From Clostridia bacterium (GTDB taxonomy: Bacteria; Bacillota; Clostridia; Oscillospirales; CAG-272): a DNA stretch of 64,000 bases. The notes below the pieces were generated by a model. The model was not told where the DNA came from. It was given only the letters and a program-made list of their open reading frames with translations, and did no database searches. This document shows positions 46,876-56,590 of the stretch, in pieces. Position 1 is the first letter of the stretch, and each line of letters starts with the position of its first letter. The stretch is from NCBI GenBank assembly GCA_017407835.1, contig JAFQVV010000004.1, positions 7,174 to 71,173 on the forward strand, in the 5' to 3' direction. A program made the position numbers and the translations under genes.

Positions 46876-48021
46876 TTACCCCACCTTTTCCTGAAGCTGT
46901 ATTTGATAACAGTTGAAAAACCACATAAACTTCAGCGCGTTCCCACCATCGGCGACAACCAGCTCATAATAATGATGATCACACATAAACACAAGAATCC
47001 GCTGACCGTGCATAGCCAGCTGCCCGATTTGCGCCAGGGGAAATTCCATCTCGCCGCACCGCAGGGCGTCAGGTGTCATTTCCAACTCCCCCTTTGCGAC
47101 ACATTCGGCGCGATGTGACTCAACACAGAAAAGCTCTGCCTGTGGAACCGAGCAAATATATTCTTGCTCGGCAAGTGCACTGACCTGCTGCTTCTGCCAA
47201 TCGGCAAAATCTCTGACCGTTGTATACGGTGCACCCTCGAGCATCCCCTCCTCGGTATACCGGAAGGAAAGCGAGCAGTTCCGACAATGCACATGATCTC
47301 CGCTCGCCGCAAAGCTGTCTTCAGCCCCGCAGGACGGGCAGAGGAAGAGCAAGTTCTCCAGCCCCTCAGCCAGCCGTTTGCCGCGATATCGCCGGGGATT
47401 TTCCATCTGCGCAGCATAAGCATCCTCTGCCAGATCGCCCGTGATGGCGGCATAAACCTCTTCATCACTCATCTGTTTGAGCTGCTCAGGGGTATAGACG
47501 TGAACGGGGGCTCCATGGACATATCCGCGGCGGGTTTTGGCACCGCACCACATGGGGCTGGCAAAGTAGCCGCCCTTGATTTTATAGGTGACAAGACCGC
47601 AGCCTGCCGTTTTCACCAGCTTAGCCGTCGAGGGGAGAATGGGCGAGGTTCTGCCATCCCAAGAGCGTACGCCCTCGGCAAACAGGCAAACATTATGCCC
47701 TCGGCGAAGGCAGCGCAAAATCTCCAACACCGACGCGGCCGCCGATGCGCCCTTATGGCGCAGGATAGGCGCAAACGCATATCGAAGCAAGGGATAAAGC
47801 CGTTTCCAACGCGCGATGTGCTCACTGCCGACAAAATACATCTGTCGCGAGAAACTCGCCCCGACCATGAGCATATCATAATCGGTCACATGATTGGAGA
47901 TAACCAGATAATGATCGGGAAGCTGTTTGGGCTTTTCGTATGTATACCCGAATTTCCACTTCAAAAATGCAATCACTGGTGGTCGAAGAAGCCAATAAAA
48001 GAAGCGATGGCGTTTTTTCAT
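46876..48021 (-). CDS. lysophospholipid/glycerol-3-phosphate acyltransferase-family protein with a C-terminal zinc-ribbon region
   Basis: HX4D motif is NHVTDYD. CPSCG..CRNC forms a Cys4 cluster. Start reset to MKKRHRF after AAGGAG. Confidence 0.8.
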   Translation of the reverse strand: MKKRHRFFYWLLRPPVIAFLKWKFGYTYEKPKQLPDHYLVISNHVTDYDMLMVGASFSRQMYFVGSEHIARWKRLYPLLRYAFAPILRHKGASAAASVLEILRCLRRGHNVCLFAEGVRSWDGRTSPILPSTAKLVKTAGCGLVTYKIKGGYFASPMWCGAKTRRGYVHGAPVHVYTPEQLKQMSDEEVYAAITGDLAEDAYAAQMENPRRYRGKRLAEGLENLLFLCPSCGAEDSFAASGDHVHCRNCSLSFRYTEEGMLEGAPYTTVRDFADWQKQQVSALAEQEYICSVPQAELFCVESHRAECVAKGELEMTPDALRCGEMEFPLAQIGQLAMHGQRILVFMCDHHYYELVVADGGNALKFMWFFNCYQIQLQEKVG

Positions 48022-48148
48022 ACAACTCTCCTTGCAGCACAGGATCAAGACGTTGAACTCGCAACAATACAATTATATACAGTATACATCCACAAGTAAA
48101 ACGGGAGAATAACAAAACATGAATTTTTCGTGAACGATATTGTTTGCG

Positions 48149-49015
48149 TCACTTTTTTCGCCAAAATCGCGTGCCGTCTGAGCAATATATCAACCGTCCG
48201 TCGCGATCGGTACGCCCAACGGCAATTCCGCGTGCAAGCAATGCATCGATCGTGCTGCGTGCCGGATGACCGTAATCGTTCCCCGCCCCGCAGGAGATAG
48301 CAGCAAAGCGCGGTGTGACTGCCTCCAACAGTGCGGCCGACGTAGAAGTCGACGCGCCATGATGCCCGAGCTTGAGCAGATCAACATCCAGCGCATCATC
48401 AGACCAGGCTCCAAGCAGTGCCGTCTCTGCCGCCAGTTCGGCATCTCCCATCAAAAGTGCGGAGGTGTTTCCGCAAGTAATACGGGTGATGATGCTTGCA
48501 TTATTTGTTTCGCCATCGAGTGCCAGCGGCCCCAGAAACTGTACCTCCGCCTCGCCGATGGAAAAACGCTCACCAACCTCCGCAATCCGCACAACTGCGC
48601 CTGTTTCGACGGCTGCTGTGAGCAGTTTGGTGAAATTTTCGTCATCGCTGTCGATGGCAGGCAGATAAAGGCAGCTCACCTCCAGACCGTATAGAACGGC
48701 ATCGGCACCACCGATATGATCTTCATCGGGGTGTGTACAAATAAAGACATCTATCCGCTTGATCCCCATGCTGTGCAGAAAAGCGTTGAGATACTCCTCT
48801 GCCATATTTGTTCCTGCATCAATCAGCAAGATCTGCTCGGCACTGCGGACCAGGATAGCATCTCCCTGCCCCACATCAAGCACATGGATCTCCAATAAAG
48901 CCGGACGTGAGAAAAGTGAGGCGGAAATTAAAATCGCACAAAAAAGCGTCGCCATGCAAAAAGCAAGGCGACGCCAATTGAAGCGATCAAAGCCTATACG
49001 ATCGCTCATCTTCAT
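48149..49015 (-). CDS. membrane-anchored MBL-fold hydrolase (ComEC/Rec2 C-terminal lactamase-domain-like)
   Basis: N-terminal TM segment. VLDVGQGDAILV and HPDEDHIGG motifs. Confidence 0.8.
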   Translation of the reverse strand: MKMSDRIGFDRFNWRRLAFCMATLFCAILISASLFSRPALLEIHVLDVGQGDAILVRSAEQILLIDAGTNMAEEYLNAFLHSMGIKRIDVFICTHPDEDHIGGADAVLYGLEVSCLYLPAIDSDDENFTKLLTAAVETGAVVRIAEVGERFSIGEAEVQFLGPLALDGETNNASIITRITCGNTSALLMGDAELAAETALLGAWSDDALDVDLLKLGHHGASTSTSAALLEAVTPRFAAISCGAGNDYGHPARSTIDALLARGIAVGRTDRDGRLIYCSDGTRFWRKK

Positions 49016-49018
49016 CGA

Positions 49019-50602
49019 TTACACAGATTCACTCGCCGCACTCGTTGCACGTGCTTTTTCAAAATCAGCCTGAATCTCAGCAGAAGGAGCGGGGGTAATC
49101 AACGATACAACGACGATCACAAGGGAAGACAGGACAAACGCGGGGAAGAGCTCATAGACACCAAAGATGCCGCCGATGGGCTTAATGAGCAGATTCCAAA
49201 CAAAGACCATGACGCCGCCCGTCAACATACCGGCAACAGCACCTGCGCGCGTTGTACGCTTCCAGAAGAGCGAGAAGAGGAGAAGCGGACCAAAGGTGGC
49301 ACCAAAGCCTGCCCATGCAAAGGAGACGACCTGGAAAATCACGCTGTCCTCATCCAGTGCGATGAGAACACCGATCAGGGTAATGGCAAGCAGAACAACG
49401 CGGGAAACCCACATAACGCTCTTGTCACTTGCCTTTTTATTGAGGATACCCTGATAGATATTTTTGGAAACGGCAGATGCCGCAATCAACAGATAGGAGT
49501 CGGAGGAAGAAATGGTTGCGGCAAGGATGCCTGCCATGACCACGCCGGCAAACAGGGCGGGAAGCAAACCCTGCGACAGGGTGATAAAGACATTTTCCGC
49601 ACCACTCTTGGTCAACAGAGCAGCCTCGGTCGGATAGAGCGTACGGCCGAGCACACCGATCATCACGGCGGCGAAAAGCGAGATCACCACCCACACCGTT
49701 GCGATGCGTCGGGAGAGCTTGAGTTCCTTTTCATGACGGATTGCCATGAAGCGAAGCAGAACCTGAGGCATACCAAAGTAGCCAAGTCCCCATGCCATGC
49801 AAGAAATAATCGACAACGCGCTATAGACGTTGGGTGTACCGAACTGTGCCACACCGTCCACAACGGTCTGTACGCCGTTTGCATCAACGGTGGGCGAAGC
49901 AGTTGTGAAGAAATTCCAGAAACCGTCGATAGCCTTGGCGTTTTCAATGACAACACCGATACCACCCGCGCTGACCGTACCCACGATCAACACAACCGAC
50001 AGTGCGCCGATCATGACCAGTGCCTGCATGAAATCAGACACACTCTCTGCCAAGAATCCGCCGAGGAAGGTATAGAGGATGACAAACAGTGCACCGATAA
50101 TCATCATGGTTTGATAATTTGCATCAAAAAGGCTGGAAAAGAGCTTGCCGCAGGTGACGAAGCAGGAAGCAGCATATACAGTGAAGAAAATCAAAATAAA
50201 GAGCGCGGCGATGGTCATGATCACCTTTTTCTTCTCGCGGAAGCGTGCGGAGAAGAAATCGGGCAGTGTAATGGCATCTCCCGCAATGGTCGAATAACGG
50301 CGCAGGCGGCGGGCAACCACCAGCCAGTTGATATATGTACCGACAGCCAGACCGATTGCAGTCCATGCAGCATCGGCAATACCGCACCAATATGCGACAC
50401 CGGGCAGCCCCATCAAGAGCCATCCCGACATATCCGAGGCTTCAGCACTCATGGCAGCAACCCAGGGACCGAGCGAACGGCCGCCCAGAAAATACTCTTC
50501 ACTGCTGCGGTTGGCACGTTTTGCAAAATAGATACCGATAAGCGTAACAAGCAGCATATACGATACCATGGCAACAAGATTCAAAATCTGATCAGAACTC
50601 AT
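49019..50602 (-). CDS. putP: sodium/proline symporter (SSS family)
   Basis: EEYFLGGRSLGPWVAAMSAEASDMSGWLLMGLPG signature region. Start reset to MSSDQ after AAGGAGG. Confidence 0.9.
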   Translation of the reverse strand: MSSDQILNLVAMVSYMLLVTLIGIYFAKRANRSSEEYFLGGRSLGPWVAAMSAEASDMSGWLLMGLPGVAYWCGIADAAWTAIGLAVGTYINWLVVARRLRRYSTIAGDAITLPDFFSARFREKKKVIMTIAALFILIFFTVYAASCFVTCGKLFSSLFDANYQTMMIIGALFVILYTFLGGFLAESVSDFMQALVMIGALSVVLIVGTVSAGGIGVVIENAKAIDGFWNFFTTASPTVDANGVQTVVDGVAQFGTPNVYSALSIISCMAWGLGYFGMPQVLLRFMAIRHEKELKLSRRIATVWVVISLFAAVMIGVLGRTLYPTEAALLTKSGAENVFITLSQGLLPALFAGVVMAGILAATISSSDSYLLIAASAVSKNIYQGILNKKASDKSVMWVSRVVLLAITLIGVLIALDEDSVIFQVVSFAWAGFGATFGPLLLFSLFWKRTTRAGAVAGMLTGGVMVFVWNLLIKPIGGIFGVYELFPAFVLSSLVIVVVSLITPAPSAEIQADFEKARATSAASESV

Positions 50603-50637
50603 ATAGTCCTCCTTAGAATCATTTTGTCCGTATGGAC

Positions 50638-50665
50638 TTATCACTTTAGCGCAAAAAAGTGATAA
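50638..50665. repeat. 10-bp inverted repeat in the putP 5' UTR
   Basis: TTATCACTTT-agcgcaaa-AAAGTGATAA, located 36-63 nt upstream of the putP ATG. Confidence 0.45.
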
Positions 50666-50700
50666 TGTAGTTTATGTAAGAATAATTATATCATAGAAAT

Positions 50701-50757
50701 AAAAAAAAAGAAAGAGAATTTTGCAAAAAAATGAATTTTTTTGCAAAATTCTCTTTC
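50701..50757 (-). terminator. very strong rho-independent terminator (22-bp perfect stem)
   Basis: GAAAGAGAATTTTGCAAAAAAA-tgaa-TTTTTTTGCAAAATTCTCTTTC. On the minus strand it is followed by U9 (A9 at 50701-50709). Confidence 0.85.
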
Positions 50758-50790
50758 CGCGGGAAAGAAGATCAATATTCCGTGCAATGT

Positions 50791-50985
50791 TTAAGCATTT
50801 ATATTCTCATCGGCACTCCAACAATCTGACGGAAGCGGCATAAAATCAGCTTCCCACAGCTGCCCGGTCGGCATCAGCAAAACATCGGAATGCAGATTCA
50901 GCAGGTTGTCGAGACACCTCGGCGTAATCCTCGCAAAGCAAAGCATGAAGGCATTGCGGCTCTCTTTTGGCGCAAACGCCATCAC
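50791..50985 (-). CDS. possible 64-aa protein translationally coupled to the upstream isomerase gene
   Basis: GTGATG start overlaps the TGA of the upstream gene. The ORF lies between that gene and the 22-bp terminator. No recognisable motif. Confidence 0.25.
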   Translation of the reverse strand: MMAFAPKESRNAFMLCFARITPRCLDNLLNLHSDVLLMPTGQLWEADFMPLPSDCWSADENINA

Positions 50986-51830
50986 AGCACAGCAAGCTTT
51001 GCTTCAAGGAAACGAGCCGCCTCGGCAATATCCCTTGCGGGATCGTCGCCAACCTCACGCTCGATGGTCAGGAAGCCGCGATAATCGATCTCATCCAATG
51101 CACGGAGGTAGTTATCGAAATCTACGCCGCCCCGGCCCAAGGGAAGCTCAACAAAGGCCTTGCCCGCACGAATGGCATCCTCGATGCCCTCATACAAGCC
51201 TGCGACATCACAGCCCTTGAGCTTAACGCCGTCCTTGGCGTGGGTGTGGACAATGTAATCCTTGAGGGTATACACAGCGCGCACAGGATCATCCCCCGTG
51301 ACCATCACAAAGTTAGCGGGGTCAAGGTTGACCGCCACACCTCTCGAACCAAGCGAATCGAGAAAATCGCGCAGAATTACCGCCGGCTCGGGACCTGTTT
51401 CGATAGCAAAATGCGCGCCGAGGCTGTCGGCATACTCCGCCAACTCAGCACAAGCTGCCTGCATAATGGCATACTGCTCGCAGGATTTATCTTCGGGCAC
51501 CACGCCGATATGCGTGGTCACAACATCGGTTTCCAGGTCGCAGGCGAGATCAAGAATGCGTTTAGACTTTTCGATGAGCGAGGGATTGAGTTCGGGGTTG
51601 GTAAATCCCTTGCCCAAATCGCCGCAAATTGCCGAGAAAACAAGTCCGTTGGATTTGACAAAATCAAGCAGATCCCGGCGTGCCGAGGGTGTCAGATTTT
51701 CAGGCGCATAATCTCCGCGCGTCGCGTACATCTGCAGTCCCTTTGCGCCAATGGCCGCCGCACGGCGAATCGCTTCGTGCATTTCACAGCGGAAAGAATC
51801 CACCATAACACCAATGGGAAATTGATACAT
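50982..51830 (-). CDS. sugar phosphate isomerase/epimerase (xylose-isomerase-like TIM barrel)
   Basis: MYQFPIGVMVDSFR start. The family pattern is similar to 23878-24693. Start reset to the ATG after AGAGGGA. Confidence 0.8.
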   Translation of the reverse strand: MYQFPIGVMVDSFRCEMHEAIRRAAAIGAKGLQMYATRGDYAPENLTPSARRDLLDFVKSNGLVFSAICGDLGKGFTNPELNPSLIEKSKRILDLACDLETDVVTTHIGVVPEDKSCEQYAIMQAACAELAEYADSLGAHFAIETGPEPAVILRDFLDSLGSRGVAVNLDPANFVMVTGDDPVRAVYTLKDYIVHTHAKDGVKLKGCDVAGLYEGIEDAIRAGKAFVELPLGRGGVDFDNYLRALDEIDYRGFLTIEREVGDDPARDIAEAARFLEAKLAVL

Positions 51831-51878
51831 AACAGTTCCCTCTCTTGAACAGATAATACGGAATTTTCCGTTGATTAC

Positions 51879-51907
51879 AGTATACTTGATTTTTTGATTT
51901 TTTGCAA
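51879..51907 (-). promoter_or_regulatory. sigma-A promoter of the isomerase gene
   Basis: On the minus strand: TTGCAA, 17-nt spacer, TATACT. Confidence 0.6.
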
Positions 51908-51924
51908 GCCATCCGAAAAAAATT

Positions 51925-51965
51925 CCCGAAAAAAGCAACAGGACTGCCGCAGATGCGGCAGTCCT
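51925..51965 (-). terminator. rho-independent terminator of the cmk-plsC-ispH/rpsA operon
   Basis: On the minus strand: AGGACTGCCGCA-tc-TGCGGCAGTCCT followed by GTTGCTTTTTT. Confidence 0.85.
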
Positions 51966-51983
51966 TCGTGTCATTCTTTTTAA

Positions 51984-54011
51984 TTATGCCTGAGCGTCGT
52001 CGGAGTAGACGAGCTCATCTGCTTCGGCAGCGGGCTCCTCAACCACTTCAGCTTCCTCGAGCAGTGCGCGGATGGACAGGCTGACGGTGTGCTTTTCCTC
52101 GTTGATATCGATGATCTTTGCATCAACTTCCTGGCCGAGAGCGAGAACATCTGCGGGCTTCGCAATGCGCTCCTTGGCGATCTGGGAAATGTGGATCAGA
52201 CCATCAACACCCTCAACAATCTCTGCAAATGCGCCGAAGGGCATCATGTTGACCACCTTAACGGTTGCAACATCGCCGATGGCATACTTGTTGGTAAAGA
52301 TATACCAGGGATTGGACTCAGCGGTCTTGTAGCCCAGCGAGATGCGCTTCTTCTCAGCATCGAAATCCTTGACATAAACAGTCAGTGTCTCGCCGATCGA
52401 AACAACATCGGCGGGGGACTTGATGCGTGCCCAGGACAGCTCGGAGGTATGTACCATACCGTCTACGCCGCCGAGGTCAACAAATGCGCCGTAGGTCGTC
52501 ATGCTCTTGACCACGCCGGTGTACTGCTTACCGATCTCGATCTCTGCCCAGAAAGCAGTCTCGCGTGCCTTGCGCTCCTCACGGAGAACAGTACGCATCG
52601 AGCCGTAAGCGCGGTGCTGACGATCCTTGATCTCAATGATCTTGAAACGAACGGTCTGGCCAACGAGTGCGGTCAGATCGCCATCCTTCGGCACGCCGGT
52701 ATGTGCGCCGGGGATGAATACGCGGTTTGCGTTGGTCAGCGCGATCACGCCGCCCTTCACAGCCTCAACGATCTTGCCCTCAAGGACAGTATCGTTTGCC
52801 TGTGCATCGACGATCATCTGCCAGTTCTTGTTGGCGTCAACCCGCTTCTTGGAGAGGGTTGCCACGCCATCGAGATCGCTGACGCGAATAACGAAGGCTT
52901 CGATTTCGTCGCCAACCTTGTACTGTTCGGTCAGCTTTACAGAAGGATCATCGGTGATCTGATCGGCAACAATGATGCCGGTGACCTTGGCGCCCAAGTC
53001 AAGCTGCAGCTCGCTGTTCGTAACCGAGGTTACGATGCCTTTAACGGTGTCTCCTGTATTTAAAGTGATGAGAGATTCTTCGAGCATTTGTGCAAAATTT
53101 TCGCTCATGGTTTTATATACCTCCTCTATTATGCCGCCCGGCGTCGATGCACCTGCGGCTATTCCCAGCCGAGCAAACGGCGGAAATGGCTTAGTTTGGC
53201 GCAGCTCATCCGCCGTTTCCACCAGGCGGGTATCTGCGCAGTTTGAACGGCAAATTTCGTGCAGCTTGGCGGTATTGGAGCTGTGTTTGCTGCCAATGAC
53301 CACCATGCCGTCACATTCGCGGGAGAGCTTTTCGGCCTCCTGCTGGCGAATTTCCGTAACACTACATATTGTATCAAAAATAATCGGATTTGTACAGTAC
53401 TTTTTGAGAATTTTAATTGACTTTTTCCATTCCGACAATTTTTGTGTCGTTTGTGCGGCAATTGTGACCTTCTTTTTGTGCAAATCGCCCAAACCATTTC
53501 GGCACAATGCCGACTCCAGGCTTTCCGCATCCGAAAAAACGCGTCCTTCTCCCAAAACATAACTCATAATTCCCACAACTTCGGGATGCTGTTCGGCTCC
53601 GATGAGCAAAAACAAACAATCTTCGCCCGAATTTTCCGCCGCGATTTGCTGTACTTTTTTCACATAGGGGCAGGTACAGTCCTCGATACGGAAATGGGGA
53701 TTTTCATTCGCCAGCTCGCGCAGTGTATTCTCCACATCGCGCTCAACGCCATGTGCACGGATAAGCACAGTCACGGGACACGCGGCATCGGCATCTCGTG
53801 CCAGTGCGGCGGCTTCCTCGGCGGTAACGATACGCACCCCTCTCGCCTCGATGCTCTCCTGATAGACGCGGTTATGGATCAACTGCCCAAGCGTGCAGAT
53901 ACACGCTCCATCAGCTGCCCCGTCCAGCAGGGATGCCAAGCGGTCGGTCGCTCGCTTGACGCCGAAGCAGAATCCCGCATTTTTGGCGATGCGAATTCGT
54001 ACATCAGACAT
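51984..54011 (-). CDS. ispH: bifunctional 4-hydroxy-3-methylbut-2-enyl diphosphate reductase / ribosomal protein S1-domain fusion
   Basis: N-terminal IspH (MSDVRIRIAKNAGFCFGVKRA, about 290 aa) followed by four S1 repeats (e.g. QYTGVVKSMTTYGAFVDL and VATVKVVNMMPFGAFAEI). Confidence 0.9.
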   Translation of the reverse strand: MSDVRIRIAKNAGFCFGVKRATDRLASLLDGAADGACICTLGQLIHNRVYQESIEARGVRIVTAEEAAALARDADAACPVTVLIRAHGVERDVENTLRELANENPHFRIEDCTCPYVKKVQQIAAENSGEDCLFLLIGAEQHPEVVGIMSYVLGEGRVFSDAESLESALCRNGLGDLHKKKVTIAAQTTQKLSEWKKSIKILKKYCTNPIIFDTICSVTEIRQQEAEKLSRECDGMVVIGSKHSSNTAKLHEICRSNCADTRLVETADELRQTKPFPPFARLGIAAGASTPGGIIEEVYKTMSENFAQMLEESLITLNTGDTVKGIVTSVTNSELQLDLGAKVTGIIVADQITDDPSVKLTEQYKVGDEIEAFVIRVSDLDGVATLSKKRVDANKNWQMIVDAQANDTVLEGKIVEAVKGGVIALTNANRVFIPGAHTGVPKDGDLTALVGQTVRFKIIEIKDRQHRAYGSMRTVLREERKARETAFWAEIEIGKQYTGVVKSMTTYGAFVDLGGVDGMVHTSELSWARIKSPADVVSIGETLTVYVKDFDAEKKRISLGYKTAESNPWYIFTNKYAIGDVATVKVVNMMPFGAFAEIVEGVDGLIHISQIAKERIAKPADVLALGQEVDAKIIDINEEKHTVSLSIRALLEEAEVVEEPAAEADELVYSDDAQA

Positions 54012-54627
54012 CGCAGGTATCCCCCAATCGGCAGATTTCCGCAAAAATCATCTGTGCTGCCTGCGCAAATCCGCTGCTTCCCGCAGCATCGGTTGCCAGC
54101 GCTGCAGGCATGATCGGTTCACCGAAAATGACATAGATCGGACGGAAGAGAGCATAGCGATTTTTCTTCATTTTAATGCAAACGGGGATGACGGGCGCAT
54201 CGGCACGCATAGCAATGAGTGCGGCGCCATGTTTGGGTTTGGTTTCCCGCAGATCCACGCCGGCGTAGCGGTGACCTTGGATAAAGATACCGATGCTTTT
54301 TTTGTCCTTGAGCAACTCAATCGAACGGCGGACAGCACCGACATCGCCTGTACCGCGGTCAACGGGATAGGCGCCGAGGGTACGGATCAGCGATGCCAGC
54401 AGCGGAATGCGAAAAAGCTCCTTTTTCGCCATGTAGTGCACCTGCGTGATGGCAGACGCCGCAATCATCACGGGATCAAGCAAACCGAGATGATTTGCGC
54501 AATATAAGTAGCCGCCCTCGGTCGGCAGGTTTTCCCGACCGATGACGCGAATACGGAAGAGACGAAGAACCGCACGCGCCAGAAGCGCGTGCGCCTTCTC
54601 GTAGAAATTCTTCTTTTTTGCCATCAC
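54004..54627 (-). CDS. plsC: 1-acyl-sn-glycerol-3-phosphate acyltransferase
   Basis: HX4D motif is ANHLGLLD. Also FIQGHR. Start overlaps the cmk stop. Confidence 0.85.
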   Translation of the reverse strand: MMAKKKNFYEKAHALLARAVLRLFRIRVIGRENLPTEGGYLYCANHLGLLDPVMIAASAITQVHYMAKKELFRIPLLASLIRTLGAYPVDRGTGDVGAVRRSIELLKDKKSIGIFIQGHRYAGVDLRETKPKHGAALIAMRADAPVIPVCIKMKKNRYALFRPIYVIFGEPIMPAALATDAAGSSGFAQAAQMIFAEICRLGDTCDV

Positions 54628-55313
54628 TTGGCCTCGCCAACGGAAACGCCCGTCTTCTCCTTCACCAGCGCAAGCACATAGTCCACGCTCTGCTCCAGTG
54701 TCATTCCCGTATTATCGAAGTGTACAGCATCGTTCGCTGCCACGGCTGGGGCAACGGCACGGCCGCTGTCACGCGCATCACGCTCATTCATTTCGGCAAG
54801 TACCGCCTCAAAGGTGGTATCTATTCCCTTCTCACGCAACTCAAGGCAGCGGCGCTCGGCGCGGCACTCAGGGGAGGCAGTGAGAAAAATTTTCACCTGT
54901 GCATCGGGCAGAATCACGGTGCCGATATCCCGTCCGTCCATGATTACGCTTGTTTTGCGCGCGATATCCCGCTGGGTATCGAGCAGGAAGTTGCGTACGG
55001 GCGGATGAACCGAGACTGCCGAGGCATAATGGGACATCTCGGGGGTGCGGATGGCGTCACCAACCCGCTCGCCGTTGAGATATACCTGCTGACCGCCGTC
55101 CTCGTATTTAATCTCAAGGGAAATGCCGGGCAGCAGCGCTGCGACAGCGTCCATATCAGCGGGATCGGTATCATGACGGCGGACATAAAGTCCAATCGTA
55201 CGGTAAAGTGCGCCCGTATCCACATAGACAATACCAAGCTGCTTGGCAACCGCACGGGCGATGGTACTCTTCCCTGCGCCGCCGGGACCGTCAATGGCAA
55301 TATTAAGAAGCAT
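54624..55313 (-). CDS. cmk: cytidylate kinase
   Basis: NIAIDGPGGAGKSTIA P-loop. Start reset to MLLNIAIDGP. Confidence 0.9.
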   Translation of the reverse strand: MLLNIAIDGPGGAGKSTIARAVAKQLGIVYVDTGALYRTIGLYVRRHDTDPADMDAVAALLPGISLEIKYEDGGQQVYLNGERVGDAIRTPEMSHYASAVSVHPPVRNFLLDTQRDIARKTSVIMDGRDIGTVILPDAQVKIFLTASPECRAERRCLELREKGIDTTFEAVLAEMNERDARDSGRAVAPAVAANDAVHFDNTGMTLEQSVDYVLALVKEKTGVSVGEAK

Positions 55314-55342
55314 AGTGAACAGTTCCTTTCTTTTTGTATCGG

Positions 55343-56590
55343 TTATGCGCCCCATGCGGCGTGCTCGCCTGCCAGGACTGCGGTGGAAAAAGCAATCTGC
55401 AGATTATAGCCGCCTGTATACGCATCCAGATCAAGCAGCTCTCCCGCAAAATAAAGTCCGGCGATTCGCTTTGACTGCATAGATCCCGGATCAACCTCTT
55501 TGAGCGAAATCCCCCCCGAGGTGATAATCGCCTCATCGATCGGACGAAAGCCGCGCAGGGGAATGGCGAAACCTTTGAGCAATGCACCGAGCGCGAGCCG
55601 CTCTTCGCGGGTAATCAGATTGACTTTTTTGCGCGGATCTATCCCCGATCGTTCGATGATGACGGGAATCAGTTTCTGGGGAAGCAGATCGTCCATGGCA
55701 TTGAGAAAGTCGCGGTTGGCATATTTGGCAAAATCAGCGAGCAGGCGGGCATCGAGCGCTTTGGCATCAAGCGCCGGCTTAAGGTCGATCACCGCCGAAT
55801 ATTTTCCGGGGGCAATATCCCGAATATGCGCCGAAGCCGACAAAATCATGGGACCGGTAAGACCGAAATGGGTAAACATCATCTCGCCGAAATCGTCATA
55901 AACAGTTTTCCCGCTCTCGGCGGCAATCATGCGCAGGGCAACATTTTTGAGCGAAAGTCCCTGCAGGCGGCGGCAGACGGAATCATCTGCCACGATCGGC
56001 ACAAGCGACGGGAGAAGCGGAGTGACGCTGTGACCGAGCGCACGGGCGAAACGATGTCCGTCTCCGTCAGAGCCTGTAGTGGGGTAAGAAACTCCGCCCG
56101 TGCAGAGGATAACTGCGTCAAACCGATAGGTTCCGTCGGCAGTTCTGACACCGCACACCGCACCATCTTCGGTGCAGATCTCGGTCACGCGGCGGTAAAC
56201 GATATGCACACCTGCCTGCCGCAGATCGGCGGCAAGTGCGGCAACCACATCGGCGGCCTTGTCCGAGACGGGAAACACGCGCCGCCCGCGCTCAACCTTG
56301 AGCGGAACGCCGAGTGCTTCAAAATGCGTCTGTGTATCATCGGGCGAGAAGCGGGCAAGCGCCGCGTAGAGGAAGCGGGCATTGCGAGGGACAGCTTCCA
56401 TAAATTCAACCGTGGTGCAGGCGTTGGTGAGGTTGCACCGTCCTTTCCCCGTGATGCGCAATTTTTTACCGAGACGGCCTTCATTGCGTTCAAACAGGGT
56501 AACATCGGCACCATTGCGAGCGGCAACAGCTGCTGCCATCATGCCTGCGGCACCTCCGCCGACCACGGCTATGCGGCGAATCTCATCCAT
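55343..56590 (-). CDS. FAD-dependent oxidoreductase, HI0933/YhiN-like flavoprotein
   Basis: IAVVGGGAAGMMAA dinucleotide-binding motif. C-terminal GLYFAGELLDLDAYTGGYN. Start is ATG 56590, overlapping the rpiR-like stop; an alternative start is 56608. Confidence 0.85.
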   Translation of the reverse strand: MDEIRRIAVVGGGAAGMMAAAVAARNGADVTLFERNEGRLGKKLRITGKGRCNLTNACTTVEFMEAVPRNARFLYAALARFSPDDTQTHFEALGVPLKVERGRRVFPVSDKAADVVAALAADLRQAGVHIVYRRVTEICTEDGAVCGVRTADGTYRFDAVILCTGGVSYPTTGSDGDGHRFARALGHSVTPLLPSLVPIVADDSVCRRLQGLSLKNVALRMIAAESGKTVYDDFGEMMFTHFGLTGPMILSASAHIRDIAPGKYSAVIDLKPALDAKALDARLLADFAKYANRDFLNAMDDLLPQKLIPVIIERSGIDPRKKVNLITREERLALGALLKGFAIPLRGFRPIDEAIITSGGISLKEVDPGSMQSKRIAGLYFAGELLDLDAYTGGYNLQIAFSTAVLAGEHAAWGA

